Notes under the pieces: model-generated
What the model saw: only the letters and a program-made list of their open reading frames with translations
What the model was told of the DNA's origin: nothing
Database searches by the model: none
In this document: positions 1 through 7,844 of the stretch, in pieces
How positions within the stretch are numbered: the stretch's first letter is position 1
How the letters are laid out: each line of letters starts with the position of its first letter
IMG/VR virus record: IMGVR_UViG_3300045049_000234
Location: 47,180-111,179 of that record
Direction: 5' to 3' (one strand)
DNA length: 64,000 nucleotides
DNA from: a virus
Program-made: the position numbers and the translations under genes

Positions 1-1593
1 GTCGATCGACGCCTTGGAGTAGCCCGTGGTGTCGATCCCGAACAGCGGCACCGACGCCGGGACCGCGTCGGACACCGACGTGGCGCGCGGCGCGACCAGC
101 CCGGACCGGCGCACGCCGTACCCGCCGCTGTAGTACCCGCCGTACGCGAACGCCTGGCCGTCGGTGACCACGATTACCCGGTCGTGGCCCTTGAACGTGG
201 CCTCGATGGCGCCGATGGTCTGCGTGCCGTGGCCCACCTCGCCGATGCGCTTGGTGAACCGGTCGATCTCGCGCAGCATGCTGCCGCCCAGCGCGATGTC
301 GTGCTGGAACACGCCGTCCGCGTAGCCGTACAGGCTCACTTTGCCGCCGGTGCGGTACGCCAGCGCCACGCCGATCAGCGCGCCGATGTCCACGTGCCGG
401 ATCTGCGACTTGCCAGACACCGGGGACTGCATGGAGCTGGAGGTGTCCACCAGCACCAGCGTGCGCCCGTCCAGGAGCGGGATGTTCGCCGTGGCCGCTG
501 CCAGCGCCTGCTCCAGCGCGTGACCCCACCGCAGCGACGGTGCGGCCTTGTACGCCGACAGGAACCGGTACGGGAACTGCCGAGAGCGCGCCACTTCCGC
601 CGGGTCGGCGATCTTCGCCGCCACCTGCGCCGCGACCTTGTCAGAGACCTTCGCCTCGTCGAAGTTGCGCAGGTTGCGGATCAGCGCCATGTAGCCCATC
701 GACGGGATGATCGCCTCCCACGCGGCGCGGTCCATCGGACCCTGAAGCCAACCGGCCAGGATCTCCCACGTGATGCCCGCGTCGTTCAGACGCTGCGCCC
801 CGCCGTCGGCCAGCAGGACCGCACGGCGCTCCGCCACCGGCAGCGCCATCAGATCGCGGTTCGCGCGCAGGATGCGCAGCGACTCGGGAACGTCCAGCTC
901 CGGCTCGTGCGGCTTGGACACCACGTAGTCGAACAGGTCGTGCTGCCACGGCGCCTTGATGGTCTGCGCGGAGTCGTCGCGGTCGCCCGAGTGCGTCAGG
1001 TCCAGCACGCGGCGCCACGAGAAGCCGGGGTGCGCCACGTCGCCGTACTTGATGAAATTGCGCTCGTTGCCCATGCGGATCATGGCGTCGGCGATACCGC
1101 GCTTGAGCGGCTTGGGCAACGCCATCCCGTAGCGCGACGTCCAGTACGCCAAAAGCTCGCCGGGCTCGTCCGGGCGCTGGAGCGCGTCGCGCACGACGCT
1201 GCGCGCGGAGATGGTCGGCAGCGGGTACTGCGTGCCGGTGCGGCCGGTGCCCATCTCGTCGCGGCGCGCGTGGACGTACTCCGCCGCCGCGACGACCGAC
1301 GCCGAGCGCATCAGGCCCTCGCTGCGAAGCCACTTGATGAACCGCGCGGTCCAGTCGGGGTGCTGGACGGCGCACTGACGCACCAGGTTGCGGAACCGGA
1401 CGTCGCGGTCGCCCGCCTTCTCGTAGAACGTGTCCTCGCCGACCATGTTCGTCACGGCCAGCAGGAACAGATCGGACTGCGGGGTGCGGGTCCACGCGGC
1501 GCCGCCCTCGTGGGTGGTGGTGCGCTCGTCGGTGGTCCGGATGACGCCCGGCGCAGTGGTCTGCTTGCCGAGCTGCTTGGTGAACTTCGCCAC
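1..1593 (-). CDS. TROVE-domain Ro60/Rsr-like RNA-binding protein with C-terminal vWA domain (3' end outside window)
   Basis: My translation from GTG at 1593 (SD AGAGGA upstream): MAKFTKQLGKQ...THEGGAAWTRTPQSDLFLLAVTNMVGEDTFYE...LQRPDEPGELLAYW...LPKPLKRGIADA...MGYMALIRNLRNF...SRQFPYRFLSAY...TLVLVDTSSSM...VIVVTDGQ. These are typical TROVE and MIDAS motifs. Absent from the ORF track because there is no stop in the window. Confidence 0.93.
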   Translation of the reverse strand, partial: MAKFTKQLGKQTTAPGVIRTTDERTTTHEGGAAWTRTPQSDLFLLAVTNMVGEDTFYEKAGDRDVRFRNLVRQCAVQHPDWTARFIKWLRSEGLMRSASVVAAAEYVHARRDEMGTGRTGTQYPLPTISARSVVRDALQRPDEPGELLAYWTSRYGMALPKPLKRGIADAMIRMGNERNFIKYGDVAHPGFSWRRVLDLTHSGDRDDSAQTIKAPWQHDLFDYVVSKPHEPELDVPESLRILRANRDLMALPVAERRAVLLADGGAQRLNDAGITWEILAGWLQGPMDRAAWEAIIPSMGYMALIRNLRNFDEAKVSDKVAAQVAAKIADPAEVARSRQFPYRFLSAYKAAPSLRWGHALEQALAAATANIPLLDGRTLVLVDTSSSMQSPVSGKSQIRHVDIGALIGVALAYRTGGKVSLYGYADGVFQHDIALGGSMLREIDRFTKRIGEVGHGTQTIGAIEATFKGHDRVIVVTDGQAFAYGGYYSGGYGVRRSGLVAPRATSVSDAVPASVPLFGIDTTGYSKASID

Positions 1594-1642
1594 GGTCGGG
1601 TTCCTCTCTACGTGCGTGTGCTGTGCGGGAGGAACCGGCAGG

Positions 1643-1782
1643 GGTGACCCGAGATTGAAGCGACGGCGGCTGTTTTGACTGATGCTCTACCAAGTGAGCT
1701 ACCGAGGGTAAAGCCCCCCGGATTGGGATCGAACCAATAACCTTCAGTTCCGAAGTATCCGCCATCAGGGCACCGGGTCACC
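1643..1782 (-). ncRNA. Y-RNA-like unit 1 (YrlA-like, permuted tRNA domain)
   Basis: Terminal stem GGTGACCCG/CGGGTCACC; motifs CCGGTGCC, TACTTC, AATCTCGG; T-arm ATTGG-TTCGATC-CCAAT, then closed acceptor-like hairpin, then D-arm TAGCTCACTTGGTAGAGC. Confidence 0.85.
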
Positions 1783-1792
1783 GGTGCTGGAC

Positions 1793-1919
1793 CTCCCGAG
1801 GTTGGGGTGTGCGGGACTAAGTTGCCTTAGACCATCTCGGCCACACGCGGCGGACCGCGTGACAGGATTCGAACCTGCGTTCGTTTGCACGAAGTAAGTT
1901 CCGCACGGGGCACCGGGAG
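1793..1919 (-). ncRNA. Y-RNA-like unit 2
   Basis: Same three motifs; T-arm GCAGG-TTCGAAT-CCTGT, hairpin CACGCGG-TCCG-CCGCGTG, D-arm TGGCCGAGATGGTCTAAGGC; small TTCG-TGCAAA-CGAA hairpin. Confidence 0.85.
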
Positions 1920-1954
1920 ATGCCTTTACTGTCAGTGTTCAGTTGTCAATGGGG

Positions 1955-2100
1955 TCGCGCCCGAGGTTGAGTCGGTGATCGTTGTTCTCTGTTGTGCTGC
2001 CGTTACACCACACGCCCCAGGTGGGGGGCGCGCCGGATTCGAACCGGACCTCCGGTTCCCTAGACCGGTGAAGTAACGATCTCCTTGGCACCGGGCGCGA
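1955..2100 (-). ncRNA. Y-RNA-like unit 3
   Basis: Same motifs; anticodon-like arm CCGGT-CTAGGGA-ACCGG, T-arm CCGG-TTCGAAT-CCGG, closed acceptor-like hairpin, D-arm TGGTGTAACGGCAGCAC. Confidence 0.85.
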
Positions 2101-2109
2101 TGTCTGTGG

Positions 2110-2256
2110 GCCGTGTCCGAGATTGAGGTCGGACGATCGTGACGTTAGGTGCTCTGGGCCACTGAGCCACAGGGGACACAGTCCCCCGCCGGGATTCGAA
2201 CCCGGGTCACCCGCTTAAGAGGCGAAGTAACGATCATCCTGGGCACCGGACACGGC
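2110..2256 (-). ncRNA. Y-RNA-like unit 4
   Basis: Same motifs; anticodon-like arm TTCGC-CTCTTAA-GCGGG, T-arm CCGGG-TTCGAAT-CCCGG, closed acceptor hairpin, D-arm TGGCTCAGTGGCCCAGAGC. Confidence 0.85.
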
Positions 2257-2266
2257 ATCCGTTTAG

Positions 2267-2413
2267 TCCACCCCGAGGTTGAATCAGAGACCGGTATTCT
2301 TAAAGAAGGACTCGAACCTTCACCTCCGGCTTTTCAAAGCCAGCGTGCTGCCAATTACACCACTCGGCCATGAGTGGCCGAGGAAGTATCGGTATCAATG
2401 GCACCGGGATGGA
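2267..2413 (-). ncRNA. Y-RNA-like unit 5
   Basis: Same motifs; order is acceptor-like hairpin CTCGGCCA-CTCA-TGGCCGAG, D-arm, anticodon-like arm CTGGC-TTTGAAAA-GCCGG, T-arm GAAGG-TTCGAGT-CCTTC. Confidence 0.82.
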
Positions 2414-2421
2414 TGCCTGGC

Positions 2422-2533
2422 CCCTCCCGAGATTGAGGTGGCCGACGGAGAACGGGACTTGAACCCGCAGCGTTTCCTTGGAAGGGAAATTTCGAACCAT
2501 TCGAAGTAACCGTAGACCTGGGCACCGGGAGGG
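2422..2533 (-). ncRNA. Y-RNA-like unit 6
   Basis: Same motifs; D-like hairpin TTCG-AATGGTT-CGAA, anticodon arm TTTCC-CTTCCAA-GGAAA, T-arm GCGGG-TTCAAGT-CCCGT. Confidence 0.82.
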
Positions 2534-2542
2534 AATTCTATG

Positions 2543-2621
2543 GTGTCCCCGAGATTGAAAGCGGCGGCCGGTGTGTTTCCATTTGGAGTGAAGTAACCGA
2601 TTGCCTGGGCACCGGGGACAC
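2543..2621 (-). ncRNA. Y-RNA-like unit 7 (short)
   Basis: Same motifs; the only insert is a small hairpin TTCA-CTCCAAA-TGGA. Confidence 0.8.
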
Positions 2622-2627
2622 GTACGC

Positions 2628-2750
2628 GGCATTCCCGAGGTTCACGGTGGATCGACGACGGGGGTTCTCCGTCCCCACGCTCCGCGTGAGGGTTCCCCCT
2701 ATGGTGCACTGGTGGAGGAAGTATCGCCGGTCCGAGGCACCGGGAATGCC
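2628..2750 (-). ncRNA. Y-RNA-like unit 8 (non-tRNA insert)
   Basis: Terminal stem GGCATTCCCG/CGGGAATGCC and same motifs; the insert has hairpins CCCTCACGC-GGA-GCGTGGGG and GACGG-AGAACCC-CCGTC and no T-loop. Confidence 0.75.
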
Positions 2751-2774
2751 CACTGTTCAGTTATCAAGAAGCGC

Positions 2775-2854
2775 GTCCCCGAGATTAAGGGCGACGTCCG
2801 GAACGGGATTCAAATTTACAGTTTGAAGTAGCCGGTCGTCTGGGCACCGGGGAC
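2775..2854 (-). ncRNA. Y-RNA-like unit 9 (short)
   Basis: Same motifs; insert hairpin TTCAAA-CTGTAAA-TTTGAA. Confidence 0.8.
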
Positions 2855-2902
2855 AAAGTCGGTGCGTTTCGGCGGGGGTTGGGTTCCCGTTTCAACACGC
2901 AT

Positions 2903-2933
2903 AGCGTAGCACATGCGTTAGACGGTCACGCAA
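2903..2933 (-). promoter_or_regulatory. Putative promoter of the Y-RNA array/TROVE transcript
   Basis: Minus strand TTGCGT...CTAACGC..TGC-TACGCT: extended -10 plus the phage CTAAC spacer motif. Confidence 0.5.
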
Positions 2934-2939
2934 CACCAT

Positions 2940-3458
2940 TTAGCCGCGCGCCGCGATGTCGGCGAACATGCGCACGCTGTCCACGATGTCGTCCGTCAGC
3001 CCCGTCGCCGGGTCCGCCGTGATCAGCAGCGTGGGCGCGGTGTGCGCCGTGCGCCGGTTGCCGCGCGTGAGCATGCCCATGGTGAACCCGTCGTCGATCC
3101 ACGCGAACGGCCGGATGCCCGCGTACTGCAACACGTGATCCCACTTCCATTCGGCGGTCACGTCGTACTCGGAGAACCGGCGATTCATCGGCGCCACCGG
3201 CATCGGGTCCAGCCCGATCAGCGGCGCCAGGTGGGTGTTCGCGCGGTCGTTCCACGTGGTCGCCCACACGTGTTCCACGATGTCGTCCAGCGACCGCACG
3301 CGCTTGACGTCGCCGGGGTCCAGCACGAGCGGCACCGGGCGCGGCATGCCGGGCAGGTCGATCGTGTGGCGCAGCCACTCGCCGCCGGTCACGTTCTGGA
3401 GCGGGTAGCGGTTGAACACCCCGTCCACATCCCAGAACAGCAGCGGCTTGCCGGTCAC
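2940..3458 (-). CDS. HAD-superfamily phosphatase (resembles HAD domain of Swiss-Army-Knife RNA repair proteins)
   Basis: LLFWDVDGVFN motif I, VWATTW motif II, FAWIDD motif IV. Confidence 0.8.
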   Translation of the reverse strand: MTGKPLLFWDVDGVFNRYPLQNVTGGEWLRHTIDLPGMPRPVPLVLDPGDVKRVRSLDDIVEHVWATTWNDRANTHLAPLIGLDPMPVAPMNRRFSEYDVTAEWKWDHVLQYAGIRPFAWIDDGFTMGMLTRGNRRTAHTAPTLLITADPATGLTDDIVDSVRMFADIAARG

Positions 3459-4504
3459 CGCGCCTCGGCCGGGATGATCAGCAGCTTGTCGCCGTCGTAC
3501 ATCTTGCGGTTCACAGACGTGGACTGCACGAAGATCGTGTACTCCGGGTTGATGTCCGGGCTCACCCGCGTGTCGATGTCCGGCAGCCCCAGGATGTCCC
3601 GCGCGCCGTCGCCGACGTACACGACGCCGGTCTTCTTCTCGTGGACGGCGATGCGCTTGGTGCGCTGGATCGTGACACGGCGCTTGAGTTCGTAGAAGGC
3701 CGCGCCGATCCGGTAGTCCATGCGCAACTGATCCACAACCCAGTCACGGATCTCCGCGTCCTCGGTCACCGTGGTCAGCGTGTAGGCGCTGCCAGGCAGC
3801 GGGGTGAGCGTGGAACGTACGGTGTCCCGGTTGACGGCGTCGATGCCGGTGGAGAAGATCGCCCGGCTGCCGCGCACGCCCTGCGCCCGGTTCGCCATGA
3901 ACCGGTCGGTGGCGGCGCGGATCGTGTTGCCGACCTCCCGCACACCGTGCGCGGACGTGGTGTCCCACACGGCGATGTTGTCGGCGGCGAACCCGAACCG
4001 CTTGGCCTCGAACACGCCCATCTGGTTCGGCACCATCACGGCCACCGTCCAGTTGTCCGGCAGTGCGCGCAGCCGCGCGGACAGGTGCGCGGAGGTGTGG
4101 ATGCGGCTGCGGTTCTCCTCGCCGTCGGTGATCACGTAGACCAGGAACGCATGGTCGCCGTAGATCTCCGGCGTCTTGGCCAGATCATCCAGCGCCGTCA
4201 TGGTCGCGTCGATCAGCGCCGTGTTGCGCTCGGCGCGGTAGTGCTCCGCGATCGAAGGCAGGCGCAGCACGTCCCGATCGTAGAACACGCATTCGGCGGC
4301 CTGTTTGACGCCGGGCACGGCCTCGTTGAACACGTAGACCGTCGCCCGCGTCTCCTGGTCCATCACAGTGGACCGTTCGGCCAGGTGGGACACCATGCCA
4401 TCCGTGACGGCCACCACGTCGCGGGCGAACCGGGACATGGACAGCGAGCCGTCCAGCACGATGGCGATGTGGTTGATGTAGCCCTGTGTGGGGTGTTTGT
4501 TCAT
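3455..4504 (-). CDS. vWA-domain protein
   Basis: IAIVLDGSLSM MIDAS, NTALIDA, VITDGEENRS. Confidence 0.85.
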   Translation of the reverse strand: MNKHPTQGYINHIAIVLDGSLSMSRFARDVVAVTDGMVSHLAERSTVMDQETRATVYVFNEAVPGVKQAAECVFYDRDVLRLPSIAEHYRAERNTALIDATMTALDDLAKTPEIYGDHAFLVYVITDGEENRSRIHTSAHLSARLRALPDNWTVAVMVPNQMGVFEAKRFGFAADNIAVWDTTSAHGVREVGNTIRAATDRFMANRAQGVRGSRAIFSTGIDAVNRDTVRSTLTPLPGSAYTLTTVTEDAEIRDWVVDQLRMDYRIGAAFYELKRRVTIQRTKRIAVHEKKTGVVYVGDGARDILGLPDIDTRVSPDINPEYTIFVQSTSVNRKMYDGDKLLIIPAEAR

Positions 4505-4514
4505 GGGTTCCTTT

Positions 4515-4871
4515 TCAGCTCAGATCGACCACGGTAGGCAGGGGATCGGGACCGGTGTACCGCTGGCACGGGCACCGCACGTCGGGGAGCGGCACGATTT
4601 CGACCTGGTACTGCACATAGCCGTAGGAGTCTTTGACCACCCTGCCGTCGTCATTGCGGATGGCGGTCTTCTGCTTCTCATGCCGGGATGCCACGTGCTG
4701 ACACACGCCGCTGTCGGCGGCGTGGAACGCGTACAGGTGACCACACTGGCACACGGGTCCGACAGGGGCGGCCGGTGGCGGCACGGACGCCCTGCGGGGG
4801 CGGCGCAACAGCCATCCGGCGATCACGCCGCCCGCCGCGTACGACAGGTCGATGCCGTGGATGATGATCAC
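4515..4871 (-). CDS. Small protein with N-terminal hydrophobic segment and Cys/His motifs
   Basis: Overlaps neighbours by 4 nt in operon; CQCGHLYAFH...CPCQRY. Confidence 0.6.
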   Translation of the reverse strand: MIIIHGIDLSYAAGGVIAGWLLRRPRRASVPPPAAPVGPVCQCGHLYAFHAADSGVCQHVASRHEKQKTAIRNDDGRVVKDSYGYVQYQVEIVPLPDVRCPCQRYTGPDPLPTVVDLS

Positions 4872-5734
4872 GGGATATCCGCCTCATGGCCGCGCATCGC
4901 GCGCCACCGATCCCGCGATCCCGCGATACCCATGACGTCGCCACGGAGCATGTGCAGGAACTCGTATTCGGCTTCCGTGAGTGCGTCCAGGTCCCACCCG
5001 TCGTCCTTCGCTTCCTCGGACGTCTGCGGGTGCGGCGGCCTGCCGATCTTCGGAACGTGCTGCCACATGTCGGACCATCCGCTATCGACGTCGCGTGACC
5101 CTTCGCGTGCGACGTCGATAGCCTTCAGCGCGCCGTTGCGATCCCACAACGCCCACGCGTACGGGATGCGCGGCATGGGCTTCACTACGCCATCCCGCAT
5201 GGCCCGCCACGTGTCGCGGTTGACGACGTGGCTTGGCCTGATGGACAGCGCGGGCAGTGACGCCTTGTGCAGGTGGTAGCGCAGGAACTCCGCCTCGTGT
5301 GCGTTGACGGACTCCATCAGCCCCTTGTGGACCGCGTGATCGCAGTCCGGAACGCGAAGCTCGATGCGGTGTTCGGGTGCCAGCGCGTTCCACGCGTCAT
5401 CAACCTTGCGGCCGTGCGCCACCGCAAGCAGCGTCCCATCGGGGCGCCACACCGCCCACGCGGTCGTCTGGAATCCCTGGAACTTGAACTCGGGACTCTT
5501 CGTGTGGCGGTCTTCCCACTCGAACGCGACGATGACGTCCTCGCCGTCGCCGCCGATCGTGATCATGTTGTCGGGGGCGTCCTTGCCGTCCCGGATGCGT
5601 CCGAGCGCGACCAATTCCTGATGTGCGGCGCGGACCGCCTTCATCACCTCGGCCCACGGGGCACCGTCCCCGCGATCGGGGACGGTGTATTCCGCGCGAT
5701 GGGTGGTGACCTCCCGACGGGAGTAGGTGGCCAC
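4868..5734 (-). CDS. Hypothetical protein
   Basis: Protein-like composition from GTG at 5734 (VATYSRREV...), abutting the stop of the upstream gene. Confidence 0.65.
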   Translation of the reverse strand: MATYSRREVTTHRAEYTVPDRGDGAPWAEVMKAVRAAHQELVALGRIRDGKDAPDNMITIGGDGEDVIVAFEWEDRHTKSPEFKFQGFQTTAWAVWRPDGTLLAVAHGRKVDDAWNALAPEHRIELRVPDCDHAVHKGLMESVNAHEAEFLRYHLHKASLPALSIRPSHVVNRDTWRAMRDGVVKPMPRIPYAWALWDRNGALKAIDVAREGSRDVDSGWSDMWQHVPKIGRPPHPQTSEEAKDDGWDLDALTEAEYEFLHMLRGDVMGIAGSRDRWRAMRGHEADIP

Positions 5735-5946
5735 TAATCGACCACCTTGAAACCGGCGGCGACCAGGAACGTCAGGTGTGCGCCCAGCGCCTCCTCGAAG
5801 TCGCCTTCGGGCGTCTGCTCGCGGTACAGCGACACCTGGCCGTCGATGACCTTCTTCGTGACGATCGTGCCGTTCTGCGCGACGACGATCATGGCCTGCG
5901 GGTCGCCGGGACCGACGGCCGTGGGGTTCTCCAATTCGATGATCAC
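5734..5946 (-). CDS. Hypothetical protein
   Basis: GGAGGGAGGAACCC SD before GTG; directly downstream of promoter 5987-6015. Confidence 0.7.
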   Translation of the reverse strand: MIIELENPTAVGPGDPQAMIVVAQNGTIVTKKVIDGQVSLYREQTPEGDFEEALGAHLTFLVAAGFKVVD

Positions 5947-5986
5947 GGGTTCCTCCCTCCGCGCGGGTCCTCACCCGCGCGTCCCT

Positions 5987-6015
5987 AAACTACACCCGTG
6001 CGTTAGCGCCGTCAA
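5987..6015 (-). promoter_or_regulatory. Conserved phage promoter
   Basis: TTGACG-GCGCTAACGCACGGGTG(17)-TAGTTT. Confidence 0.7.
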
Positions 6016-6361
6016 TAGGGTAGATCTCCACGGACAGCCGCAACGGCTTCGCCGGAGAACCGATCACCATAGACACCTCGACCAGGTGTGACGCGTCGTC
6101 GTCAACGAGGACACCCGCCATCACGATCCCGTCGATATACGCCTTGAGCGTGGGGTAGAGGTTGTGAGGGTCGCGCCGCCGCCGGTCCGGCGGATGCACC
6201 ACGCCCACGACCCGTATACGGTCCATACGCGGCACACGGGCGGCACGCGCGACCCGGAATGCATCCGCCTTCAGATCGCGCGTCCTACGCGCCCGTACGG
6301 CCCAATGCAGCCGCTCGTTCGCGTTGATCAGATCTCCCGGCGGAATGTCCAACACCCACAT
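5990..6361 (-). CDS. rusA: RusA-like Holliday junction resolvase
   Basis: PPDRRRRDPHNLYPTLKAYIDGIVMAGVLVDDD matches the RusA DxxN...K...D...DD signature. Confidence 0.8.
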   Translation of the reverse strand: MWVLDIPPGDLINANERLHWAVRARRTRDLKADAFRVARAARVPRMDRIRVVGVVHPPDRRRRDPHNLYPTLKAYIDGIVMAGVLVDDDASHLVEVSMVIGSPAKPLRLSVEIYPIDGANARV

Positions 6362-6371
6362 GCAACGACGC

Positions 6372-6401
6372 TAACGCCCCCGGCACTCGTCCGGGGGCGT
6401 T
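6372..6401 (-). terminator. GC hairpin, putative terminator
   Basis: AACGCCCCCGG-cactcgt-CCGGGGGCGTT just after the stop at 6415. Confidence 0.55.
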
Positions 6402-6414
6402 GCGCGGTGCGGGA

Positions 6415-6834
6415 CTACCGGGCCGGAACCGTCTCGATCACGGTGTACGAGCCGTCCGGCAGCGCGGTGCCGATGTCGCCGCGCACGGAGTACGCCAACA
6501 TGTGCTCCTCCATGTACTTGTCCGCCGGAACCATGATCGCGATGGCCGTCTCGCCCTTGGTGAACCGGATGCCGCCCTTGGTGCGGATCTGGCGGCGCAC
6601 GCGGACCAGGTGGACCTCACCGGCGTGCGTGTCGGCGTACTGCGGGTACCCCATGACCACGGACCGGAAGTGGTCCACGAAGTCGGCGGCGGCGCGGGTG
6701 TTGCCCTGCTGGATGGCGGCGTAGTAGGGGAGCATCGGCGCGAACACGGCGCCCGCCTCGTTGGACAGGACGGCGGCGCGGTACGCGTCCTGCATGGCCA
6801 CCTGCGCGGGGGTGAAAGTCAGCGGAGTGTTCAT
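6415..6834 (-). CDS. Hypothetical protein (stand-alone expression cassette)
   Basis: Own promoter 6882-6910 (TTGACA-ACGCTAACC..-TACTTT), GGAAGGAACCCCG-ATG, downstream hairpin. Confidence 0.75.
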   Translation of the reverse strand: MNTPLTFTPAQVAMQDAYRAAVLSNEAGAVFAPMLPYYAAIQQGNTRAAADFVDHFRSVVMGYPQYADTHAGEVHLVRVRRQIRTKGGIRFTKGETAIAIMVPADKYMEEHMLAYSVRGDIGTALPDGSYTVIETVPAR

Positions 6835-6977
6835 CGGGGTTCCTTCCGTCCGGGGCGGTTCCTCGTCCGCCCAGCACCTTCAAAGTACCGCCATTGGTTA
6901 GCGTTGTCAAGTCGAATGAACTGGAAAGACGCACGCCCCCGGCGGGGAACCCGGGGGCGTGCGTTGCGGTGCGGCGG

Positions 6978-7301
6978 TCAGGCGTTGGCGTACGGGCTGT
7001 CGTCGTAGACCATGTAGGCGGTCAGCCCCGCCTCGTACTGCGCCTTCTCGGCGGCATCCCTGTCCGGGAACGCGACCTTGTCCAGCGGGTGACGCTCGGT
7101 CCGGTAAGGCGACTCGCTGATCACCTTGAACGCGCCGCTGACCGCGCCGGGCTCGGCGTCGTTGGTGCTGATGCTCACGTACCAGTCGCCGTTTCGGACC
7201 GTGGCGGGGCCGACGGGGTACGCCGGGAAGTGGCCGAACGGCACGTCCTCGATGGTGTAGAGGGTGTAGGGCTTCCATCCGTCGGTGATGCGGGTGGCCA
7301 T
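6978..7301 (-). CDS. Hypothetical protein (stand-alone expression cassette)
   Basis: MATRITDGWKPY start after GGAAGGAACCCCC; promoter 7353-7382 TTGACT-ACGCTAACGC..-TATTAT; hairpin plus T-tract at about 6920-6960. Confidence 0.75.
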   Translation of the reverse strand: MATRITDGWKPYTLYTIEDVPFGHFPAYPVGPATVRNGDWYVSISTNDAEPGAVSGAFKVISESPYRTERHPLDKVAFPDRDAAEKAQYEAGLTAYMVYDDSPYANA

Positions 7302-7447
7302 GGGGGTTCCTTCCGGTCGCGGTCCGGGTTCCTCTCCCGAACCGACATGTCCATAATACGTCCGACGCGTTAGCGTAGTCAAGGGAAATGTACTGCGGAA
7401 AGACGAACGCCCCGGCGCATCGGCCGGGGCGGTTCGACGGGGACGGA

Positions 7448-7816
7448 TCACCATCCCATAGCGCGCTCCTCGTCGGCGGTCGGGTAGTGGTCCGGACCCC
7501 AGCACAGATCCGCCGACAGGCCGTGGTCGCACGTGGGGAACAGCAGGTGGTACAGCGCGTCCCACTGGTCCGGGACCGGGGAGTCCTCCAGCACGGACCA
7601 GACGTACCCACCACCGAACACGCCCTCGGCGGTCAGCGCCTCGTTCACTTCCGCGTGCCGCCGGACGAACGCGACCGCGTCGCACTCGCGGTAGAACGTG
7701 ACGATGTAGCTGCGACGCTGGTCGCAGATGTGCATCTCCAGCTTGAACGGTTCGGCGACGGGTGCGCCGGTGGCAACGGTCGGGAAGATGATCACGGGGT
7801 CCTCCTGCGTCGGCAT
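7448..7816 (-). CDS. Hypothetical protein (stand-alone expression cassette)
   Basis: GAGAGGAACCCCG-ATG; promoter 7847-7876 TTGACA-ACGCTAACG..-TAGTCT. Confidence 0.7.
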   Translation of the reverse strand: MPTQEDPVIIFPTVATGAPVAEPFKLEMHICDQRRSYIVTFYRECDAVAFVRRHAEVNEALTAEGVFGGGYVWSVLEDSPVPDQWDALYHLLFPTCDHGLSADLCWGPDHYPTADEERAMGW

Positions 7817-7844
7817 CGGGGTTCCTCTCCCCGGTGCGCTACGC

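Noticed and set aside
184-1765. ORF-track ORFs 184-1647 (+) and 641-1765 (-)
   Set aside because: Arg-rich shadow frames of the real TROVE gene (1593 to the left edge, minus strand).
1643-2854. Array as a CRISPR locus or as ordinary tRNA genes
   Set aside because: The conserved parts are split motifs closing a stem around each unit, not direct repeats with uniform spacers; tRNA arms are permuted or partial with no free acceptor end.
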